Shown here: positions 58,014-64,000 of the stretch, one piece after another
Layout of the letters: each line of letters starts with the position of its first letter
How positions within the stretch are numbered: position 1 is the first letter of the stretch
NCBI GenBank assembly: GCA_000991185.1
Contig: LBRB01000001.1
Location: forward strand, 4,080 to 68,079
Source of the DNA: Berkelbacteria bacterium GW2011_GWA2_35_9
Lineage (GTDB): Bacteria > Patescibacteriota > UBA1384 > GWA2-35-9
Reading direction: 5' to 3'
DNA length: 64,000 bases
Notes under the pieces: model-generated
The model's database searches: none
What the model was told of the DNA's origin: nothing
The model's input: the letters and a program-made list of their open reading frames with translations, nothing else
Program-made: the position numbers and the translations under genes

Positions 58014-59289
58014 AAGAACGAGAAATAAGATGAGCTTTAATTTGAGAAGAAGTATCTAAAATTACAGATACTAAAATTAAAATACTGGTTCCTCCTAGAA
58101 CGAGGGTGGTTATATGAGTATATTTTTGTACCAAAAATGGAGATATGGCAATAATTCCAAGAAAAATTGAACCCGGTAAAGTAATTCGATTTAGAACATA
58201 CGAGACAAAATTCTCAGTCTCCTTGCCAGGTCTAATACCGGGAATAAAACCACCTTGTTTTTGTAAGTTCTCAGCTACATCTTTGGGCTTGAAAACAATT
58301 GAACTGTAAAAATAGGTAAAGAGAATTACTAAAATAAAATAAGATATGCCATAAAATATATGATTAGGATCAAAAATTCTGACTAAGGTTTTAGAAAAAT
58401 TAACTAAATATTCTGATTTAGCGTTTTGCAAATAACGACCTAAAATACCAGGTATAACGATGAAAGATAGAGCAAAAATAATTGGGATCACCCCAGCAAT
58501 ATTAACTTTTATTGGTAAATAAGTATCAATGATTTGACCAGAAGTTTTAAATGAACTTTGTCGTGCATATGAAATAGGAATTTTACGAATCGCATCGTTC
58601 ATTATTACGATAAAGAAGATCGTTAATATTGAGGTTACAGCAAATATAAATAAACCATTTAGCATAGTTGAGTCAATTATTCCCCCGGCTGTTATAGCTG
58701 AAATTGTATTGTTGATTTGGCTTGGCATTCCACCAATAATATTAATAGTAATTATTAATGAAATTCCATTACCAATTCCTGATTCGGAAATATTTTCCCC
58801 CAACCACATATAAAATACAGAAGTAGCGGTAGAAACTAATATTGATAAACCAAGAATTAAAGGAGTTAATTCAACAATAACTCCCTGATTTTTTAGCAAC
58901 GAAATTAAACCGAACGATTGAATAATTGACATTGGAACGGTTAGTAAACGAGTATATTGATTGATTTTATTTTTTCCATACTCGCCTTCTTTTTGAAGAT
59001 CTTCAAGTGAGGGAATTATATATGTCATTAACTGCATTATTATTGAAGCGGTAATATATGGACCAACTCCCATAAATCCAATCGAAAAACGAGAAAGAGA
59101 ACCACCAGAAAAAATATCTAACAAACCCAATAATTGGTTTGATGAAAAAAATTCTTGTAGTTGATTAGTCTGAATTCCTGGTAATGGAATTTGATCAATT
59201 ACTCTAACAATCAATAAAATGATTGTAGTTACAAGAATTTTCTTTCTTAAATCTTTTAATTGCCAAAGATTCTTAAGTGTTTTTAACAT
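58000..59289 (-). CDS. secY: Preprotein translocase subunit SecY
   Basis: GVGPYITASII, GIGNGISL, AGVIPIIFA, IPGIRPG, GGTSILI. Confidence 0.98.
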   Translation of the reverse strand: MLKTLKNLWQLKDLRKKILVTTIILLIVRVIDQIPLPGIQTNQLQEFFSSNQLLGLLDIFSGGSLSRFSIGFMGVGPYITASIIMQLMTYIIPSLEDLQKEGEYGKNKINQYTRLLTVPMSIIQSFGLISLLKNQGVIVELTPLILGLSILVSTATSVFYMWLGENISESGIGNGISLIITINIIGGMPSQINNTISAITAGGIIDSTMLNGLFIFAVTSILTIFFIVIMNDAIRKIPISYARQSSFKTSGQIIDTYLPIKVNIAGVIPIIFALSFIVIPGILGRYLQNAKSEYLVNFSKTLVRIFDPNHIFYGISYFILVILFTYFYSSIVFKPKDVAENLQKQGGFIPGIRPGKETENFVSYVLNRITLPGSIFLGIIAISPFLVQKYTHITTLVLGGTSILILVSVILDTSSQIKAHLISRSYEIY

Positions 59290-59294
59290 AAGAA

Positions 59295-59516
59295 TTATCT
59301 TTTTTTATTTGGACGACTCTTTTTTTTGGGCAATCTTTTATATAATGGTGTTTGCCCTCCTTCAAATCCGAATGGAATACTGTTGCCAGTTCTTGATTTT
59401 TGACCTTTAGTTCCTTTTCCAGAAGTTTTACCTTTTCCCGAAGCACGACCTCTTCCAAGTCTTTTTTTCTTATTTTCTTTTTTCTCAAAAAAATCTGTCA
59501 ATTTAAAATCCGTCAT
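59295..59516 (-). CDS. rplO: 50S ribosomal protein L15, N-terminal half only
   Basis: [39 protein letters not shown]; stop at 73 aa. Confidence 0.9.
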   Translation of the reverse strand: MTDFKLTDFFEKKENKKKRLGRGRASGKGKTSGKGTKGQKSRTGNSIPFGFEGGQTPLYKRLPKKKSRPNKKR

Positions 59517-59520
59517 AACT

Positions 59521-59970
59521 TTAACTTAATCTTTTTAATGCTAAAAATACAGCTTTGACAATATTTATTTTATTAGCGCTTCCAATATTTTTAGATATTA
59601 TATTATTAATACCAAAAGCTTCAACAACACTTCGTACCGGTCCTCCAGCCACTAACGATGTACCAGTTGTAGCCGGTTTTAAAATTACTTGCGCACTTGC
59701 ATATTTAACTTTTATCTCTCTCGAGATTGATTTATGTTCATTTAATTGAATTGTCAACATCTTTTTTTTAGCTTGGTTGATTGCCTTTGATATTGCATCA
59801 ACCACTTCAGTACTTTTTGCAACACCATATCCAGCTTTTCCATTTCTATTTCCAATTACAACTAAAGCTCTAAATCTTATACGGCGACCGCCTTTTACAG
59901 TTCTCGAAATACGGCTTATTTCAATAACCTTTTCTTCAAATTCTTTTTTTTCAGTTTTTTGATATTTCAT
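59521..59970 (-). CDS. rpsE: 30S ribosomal protein S5
   Basis: [29 protein letters not shown]. Confidence 0.97.
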   Translation of the reverse strand: MKYQKTEKKEFEEKVIEISRISRTVKGGRRIRFRALVVIGNRNGKAGYGVAKSTEVVDAISKAINQAKKKMLTIQLNEHKSISREIKVKYASAQVILKPATTGTSLVAGGPVRSVVEAFGINNIISKNIGSANKINIVKAVFLALKRLS

Positions 59971-60284
59971 ATTTTAAGTCCTTTACTTCTTGCTGAATCG
60001 GCTAAAGTTTTTATTCTTCCAATATAGCGAAACGATCCTCTGTCGAAAACTACTTGCTTGATTTTTTTATTTAAACATTTTTCTGCAATATCGTTTCCGA
60101 CATAAACGGCTTGATCGTTTTTACTAACATTTTTTAATTTCAGACTATTTGAACTGACTAAAACTTTTCCTTTATCATCTATAACTTGTGAGTAAATATT
60201 AGTCAAGCTACGAAAAACTTTAAGAATCGGTAGATTTTTCTTATTTAAGAGTTTGAAAATATTTTTATTTTTATTCAATTTCAT
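59967..60284 (-). CDS. rplR: 50S ribosomal protein L18
   Basis: VFRS..NIYSQVIDD, VVFDRG.FRY.GRIK. Confidence 0.95.
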   Translation of the reverse strand: MKLNKNKNIFKLLNKKNLPILKVFRSLTNIYSQVIDDKGKVLVSSNSLKLKNVSKNDQAVYVGNDIAEKCLNKKIKQVVFDRGSFRYIGRIKTLADSARSKGLKI

Positions 60285-60293
60285 AAACTAAAA

Positions 60294-60842
60294 TTATTTT
60301 TCTGCCTTTAGTGATTTACCAGGTTTTAATTTTACAACTTCATCCGAGTAACGGATACCTTTCCCCTTATATGGTTCGGGCGGTCGTACTTTTCGAATAT
60401 TAGCTGCAAAATTACCAACTAATTGTTTATCAATTCCAGATATTTTAATACTATTTTTTTCAACTTTTATATCAATTCCTTCTGGAGCAATTATTTCAAC
60501 ATTATGAGAAAAACCAACACTTAAGATCAATTTATTATTTTCTAGTGTTACACGGTAGCCAATTCCAATAACTTCTAAATTCTTTTCGTATCCTCGAGTT
60601 ACGCCGACAATAGCATTGGCTATCAATGAACGATATAAACCGTGTAGAGATTTTGTACTTTTCTGTTCATTTTTTCTATTGATCTTGATGATATTTTCTT
60701 TCATATCAAATAGAATTCTGGATTTCATTTTAACTTCCAACTCACCCTTTGGTCCTGAAATTTTCAGATTATTAAGTTTGTCATCATAAACGACATTAAC
60801 ATCTTCAGGAACAATTATTATTTTTTTACCAATTTTTGACAT
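60294..60842 (-). CDS. rplF: 50S ribosomal protein L6
   Basis: MSKIGK, GPKGEL, RPPEPYKGKGIRY. Confidence 0.98.
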   Translation of the reverse strand: MSKIGKKIIIVPEDVNVVYDDKLNNLKISGPKGELEVKMKSRILFDMKENIIKINRKNEQKSTKSLHGLYRSLIANAIVGVTRGYEKNLEVIGIGYRVTLENNKLILSVGFSHNVEIIAPEGIDIKVEKNSIKISGIDKQLVGNFAANIRKVRPPEPYKGKGIRYSDEVVKLKPGKSLKAEK

Positions 60843-60845
60843 AAT

Positions 60846-61214
60846 TTATTCGATTATTGAAAACAATTTTTCTCCACCAATCTTTTCTTTTCTTGCCTCT
60901 CTTGATTCTTTTAAGCCTTTTGATGTGGACAAAATTATAATTCCTTTTCTTGGTGAAAACACATCTTTTGATTTGATATACAATCTTCTGCCTGGCTTAG
61001 AGTCTCTTTTAACTGGCATATCGATCATGTTTTCAGTGTCGAGATTAATTTCAATATTTCCATCCTCAATTATTTTAAAATCAACAATATATTTATATTT
61101 TTTTAATATTTTTAATATTTCGAGTTTGAATTTAGATGATTTTACAAAAATCGGCGTTTTGTTTGAACGATAAGCGTTTTTGATTGTAATTAATAAATTT
61201 GCTACTTTATCCAT
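60846..61214 (-). CDS. rpsH: 30S ribosomal protein S8
   Basis: SKPGRRLY, ILSTSKG, IGGE. Confidence 0.95.
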   Translation of the reverse strand: MDKVANLLITIKNAYRSNKTPIFVKSSKFKLEILKILKKYKYIVDFKIIEDGNIEINLDTENMIDMPVKRDSKPGRRLYIKSKDVFSPRKGIIILSTSKGLKESREARKEKIGGEKLFSIIE

Positions 61215-61220
61215 AATATT

Positions 61221-61406
61221 TTACCAAGATGATTTAATTACACCAGGAATTTCTCCTCGTGTGGCTCTTTCTCGAAAACATATACGACATAAACCATACG
61301 CCCGAAGGACTGATCGTGGTCTGCCACAAATTTGGCAACGACGAATTGTTCGTGACAAGTATTTTGGTTTTCTGCCTGACTTAACTATTAAACTTTTTTT
61401 TGCCAT
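61221..61406 (-). CDS. rpsZ: 30S ribosomal protein S14, Zn-binding type Z
   Basis: [28 protein letters not shown]. Confidence 0.97.
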   Translation of the reverse strand: MAKKSLIVKSGRKPKYLSRTIRRCQICGRPRSVLRAYGLCRICFRERATRGEIPGVIKSSW

Positions 61407-61408
61407 TG

Positions 61409-61951
61409 TTATTTCTTTATTTTATCTTCTTTACCAATTGGAAAGCCAATATATTTTAACAAATGAATGACTTTTTGTCGATCTGAAGAATTTTTAAATA
61501 CAATTGTTATAGAAACTCCAATTATTCCAGATGGCGTGTCAAACGGTATTTCGGGAAAAACAAAATGTTCTTTTATTCCAAGCGATAAATTATTACTCTT
61601 GTCTAAACTATCAAGATTTATACCTTTAAAATCCCTAATGTTTGGTAAAGTTAAATTGACTAAACGGTCAAGAAAATCTTCCATTTTTTTTGCTCTCAAG
61701 GTTGTTTTATAACCAATAATCTCATTTTTTCGTAACTTAAAGGCAGAAATAGCATTTTTTGCTTGGCAATAAGCTGGTTTTTGACCAGTCATAGCAATTA
61801 AATCTTTTTTAATTTGGTCAATTTTAGCTTGATTGTCTCTAAATTTTCCAAAGCCTGTCGAAACTATGACTTTCGAAATTCTGACTACAGAAAAATAATT
61901 AACCTTATCTTCTTGAGCAATTTTTTCGTAAATTTTATTTAAATTAATCAT
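61409..61951 (-). CDS. rplE: 50S ribosomal protein L5
   Basis: [26 protein letters not shown]. Confidence 0.96.
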   Translation of the reverse strand: MINLNKIYEKIAQEDKVNYFSVVRISKVIVSTGFGKFRDNQAKIDQIKKDLIAMTGQKPAYCQAKNAISAFKLRKNEIIGYKTTLRAKKMEDFLDRLVNLTLPNIRDFKGINLDSLDKSNNLSLGIKEHFVFPEIPFDTPSGIIGVSITIVFKNSSDRQKVIHLLKYIGFPIGKEDKIKK

Positions 61952-61959
61952 TCTAATAT

Positions 61960-62286
61960 TTATTTCTTTTCTATCTTTTTATCCAATGATTCTTGACATT
62001 TTTTACAAATTCTTTCAATCTTTTTATCTTTTCTGTCAACGACAATTTTAGTTTTTTTATTACAGGCTTGGCAAACTATGCTGACATTTGATATATTGAT
62101 CGGCATTGGTAAATCGATAATGCCACCCTTAGGGTATTTTCTGGAAACTTTTGCATTTTTTTTGTATATATTTTTACCAGAGATTATTAAGTTATTTTCT
62201 TTTCGATAAACCCTTTCAATCGTTCCAGTTTTTCCCTTGTCTTTACCTTTTAATATTAAAACTAAATCGTTTTTTTTAATTTTCAT
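61960..62286 (-). CDS. rplX: 50S ribosomal protein L24
   Basis: KOW motif GKDKGKTG, GGII, ISNV. Confidence 0.96.
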   Translation of the reverse strand: MKIKKNDLVLILKGKDKGKTGTIERVYRKENNLIISGKNIYKKNAKVSRKYPKGGIIDLPMPINISNVSIVCQACNKKTKIVVDRKDKKIERICKKCQESLDKKIEKK

Positions 62287-62642
62287 ATCAATTCTCCCGC
62301 TAATGAAACTATTTTTTGATAACCCTTTTCCTTGATTTCCAATGCAACTGGTCCAATAATTCTTGTTCCAACAGGCAATTTATCTTTAATAATTACCGCA
62401 GCATTATCATCAAATTTAACCACAGTTCCATCTTTTCTTTTGATCGGAAATTTTTGACGAACAATAACTGCTTGAACCTTTTCTTTCTTTTTTATTGTGC
62501 CGTTAACAATTGCCGACTTAACAGTTGCAATAACTTTACTGCCAACATAGGCAACTCTTTTTTTTCCGTATACTTGAATAACCTGAATGCTTTTAGCACC
62601 ACTATTATCGGCAACATTAAGATTGGTATATTGTATTATCAT
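62283..62642 (-). CDS. rplN: 50S ribosomal protein L14
   Basis: VADNSGAK, FDDNAAVII, GTRI.GPV. Confidence 0.98.
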   Translation of the reverse strand: MIIQYTNLNVADNSGAKSIQVIQVYGKKRVAYVGSKVIATVKSAIVNGTIKKKEKVQAVIVRQKFPIKRKDGTVVKFDDNAAVIIKDKLPVGTRIIGPVALEIKEKGYQKIVSLAGELI

Positions 62643-62649
62643 TATTTAA

Positions 62650-62874
62650 TTAAATTAATTTCCATTTTTTTCTTTTCGATATCGGTTGACAGTCAGTAAA
62701 TTGAACATTATCCCCTATTTTAATCTCATTATTTGCATTGCTACAATCTACTAAATATTTTTTTGTGACAGAATAAAACTTGTTATATAATGGATGTTTT
62801 TTTCTATGTAAAGTCTGAACTTTGCACGTTCTTTGATCGATCAACTTAACGATTGTTCCATTATATTTTTTCAT
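62650..62874 (-). CDS. rpsQ: 30S ribosomal protein S17
   Basis: HPLYNK, GDNV, PISKRKKW. Confidence 0.93.
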   Translation of the reverse strand: MKKYNGTIVKLIDQRTCKVQTLHRKKHPLYNKFYSVTKKYLVDCSNANNEIKIGDNVQFTDCQPISKRKKWKLI

Positions 62875-63082
62875 TGTTATTACTTAATAATTTTTCCGAA
62901 AGAATTGTTTTTAGTCTAGCTAAATTTCTTTTCGTTTCTTTTATTTTATGAATATTTTTAGTCTTTCCAAAATTAACACTAAACCTTAAGCTATTTAATT
63001 TCATTTTCAAAACATCTTCTTCAGCCAATAAAGATTTAATTGTCATTTTATTATACTTGACTATTGTATCGGTTTTTTTCAT
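62861..63082 (-). CDS. rpmC: 50S ribosomal protein L29
   Basis: LRF, KIKETKRNLARLKTIL; position between rplP and rpsQ. Confidence 0.9.
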   Translation of the reverse strand: MKKTDTIVKYNKMTIKSLLAEEDVLKMKLNSLRFSVNFGKTKNIHKIKETKRNLARLKTILSEKLLSNNNEKI

Positions 63083-63486
63083 TTTTCAATAAATTTAGTT
63101 TTAACTGGTAATTTATGACTGGCTAAACGAAAGGCTTCTTTAGCTAATGTATTATTAATACCGTCCATTTCAAATATTATTCTTCCCGGTGTAACAGTGA
63201 CTACAAAATGATCAGGTGCTCCTTTACCACCTCCCATTCCAACTTCTGCTGGTTGTGCTGAAACTGGTCTATCTGGAAAGACACGAATCCATATTTGACC
63301 TTCCCGTTTAAATAATCTTGTCATGGCTCTTCGGGCAGATTCAATTTGACGAGCTGTCAACCAACTGCGTGTTGTTGCTTTAATACCAAATTTTCCGAAT
63401 ACTAAATCTGAACCACGAGAAGAATTGCCAGGCATTTTACCTCGGAAACTTTTTCTAAACTTCATTTTTCTTGGTTGCATTAACAT
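63079..63486 (-). CDS. rplP: 50S ribosomal protein L16
   Basis: RQIESARR, IWIRVFPD, MGGGKG, HKLP. Confidence 0.98.
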   Translation of the reverse strand: MLMQPRKMKFRKSFRGKMPGNSSRGSDLVFGKFGIKATTRSWLTARQIESARRAMTRLFKREGQIWIRVFPDRPVSAQPAEVGMGGGKGAPDHFVVTVTPGRIIFEMDGINNTLAKEAFRLASHKLPVKTKFIEK

Positions 63487-63502
63487 AGAAATTTTTGATT
63501 AA

Positions 63503-64000
63503 TTATAAGATTTGCTTACCATCATAAACCCAGACTTTAATTCCAATTACTCCATATGTAGTTTGAGCATGAAAAACGCAAAAGTCAATATTATTTTTTA
63601 AGGTTGATATTGGAATCGTACCTTGGCTATATTTTTCACTTCTAGAAATTTCAGCACCATTTAATCGTCCCGAAATAACAATCTTGACTCCTCTGGCACC
63701 CGATTCCATTGCTTTAGAAATAGCACCTTTAATAGCTCGTCGATACGGTATTCTCCTGCTAACTTGTTGTCCAATATTTTGAGCGATTAAAGTAGCTTTT
63801 ATTTCCGGTTTTTTTACTTCGCTGACATTAAGTTTAATTTTTTGGCTTGGTAATTTATTTTTTAATAAAAACTTTTCTATATTATTTTTAAAATCTTCAA
63901 TTCCTTTTCCTTGTCTTCCGATTATTAAACCTGGTCGTGCAGAATGAATATCAATAATAATATCTTTTTGGGATCTTTTTATAATAACTTTCTCAATCGC
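63503..64000 (-). CDS. rpsC: 30S ribosomal protein S3 (partial; 5' end outside window)
   Basis: ARPGLIIG, SGRLNGAEISR, TTYGVIGIKVW. Confidence 0.97.
   Translation of the reverse strand, partial: AIEKVIIKRSQKDIIIDIHSARPGLIIGRQGKGIEDFKNNIEKFLLKNKLPSQKIKLNVSEVKKPEIKATLIAQNIGQQVSRRIPYRRAIKGAISKAMESGARGVKIVISGRLNGAEISRSEKYSQGTIPISTLKNNIDFCVFHAQTTYGVIGIKVWVYDGKQIL

Noticed and set aside
59273-59488. Alternative-frame ORF as the missing L15 C-terminus
   Set aside because: It overlaps the same nucleotides as the L15 N-terminus and has no L15 C-terminal motifs
87-62699. Numerous 60-130 aa ORFs antisense or out of frame within housekeeping genes
   Set aside because: Shadow ORFs of well-supported genes, with no independent signals
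1-64000. CRISPR array or cas genes
   Set aside because: No 25-45 bp repeats with unique spacers were seen. The PaaX-like protein's Cas2-like middle domain and the RecB-type nuclease have non-CRISPR explanations.
1-64000. Alternative genetic code (TGA=Gly, as in Gracilibacteria/Absconditabacteria)
   Set aside because: Conserved genes such as nrdJ, rplM, rplN and rplP end at TGA at their expected C-termini, and the long ORFs are intact under code 11

Overview
AT-rich 64 kb chromosomal segment read in genetic code 11 (TGA is a stop). It is most consistent with a Patescibacteria/CPR bacterium: no rpmD in the spc operon, minimal PheS/PheT/AspS, archaeal-type PGI/PMI, class II RNR and tandem VirD4-like ATPases. 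Most of it is housekeeping: rplJL, secDF, ftsAZ, glycolysis, leuS/aspS/pheST, nusB-rnc, tRNA-Ala and the S10-spc-alpha ribosomal cluster. An accessory island at about 46.5-51.9 kb holds a C39-like peptidase, a Ser/Lys-rich micropeptide, a candidate structured sRNA, a Fic protein, an hsdM truncated by a dead IS256-family element, and an amidohydrolase. The most notable unexplained signals are: (1) at least seven period-7 tandem arrays with different units, several in frame inside genes including leuS; (2) a promoter-bearing structured ~80-nt RNA upstream of a micropeptide; (3) a second ~300-nt structured intergenic region; (4) a candidate cobalamin-capture module near B12-dependent nrdJ and thioredoxin; (5) a fossil second copy of the dinB 3' end bracketing an orphan gene; (6) an RNAP alpha lacking its CTD and a halved L15. 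All calls come from reading motifs by eye; no database searches were run.
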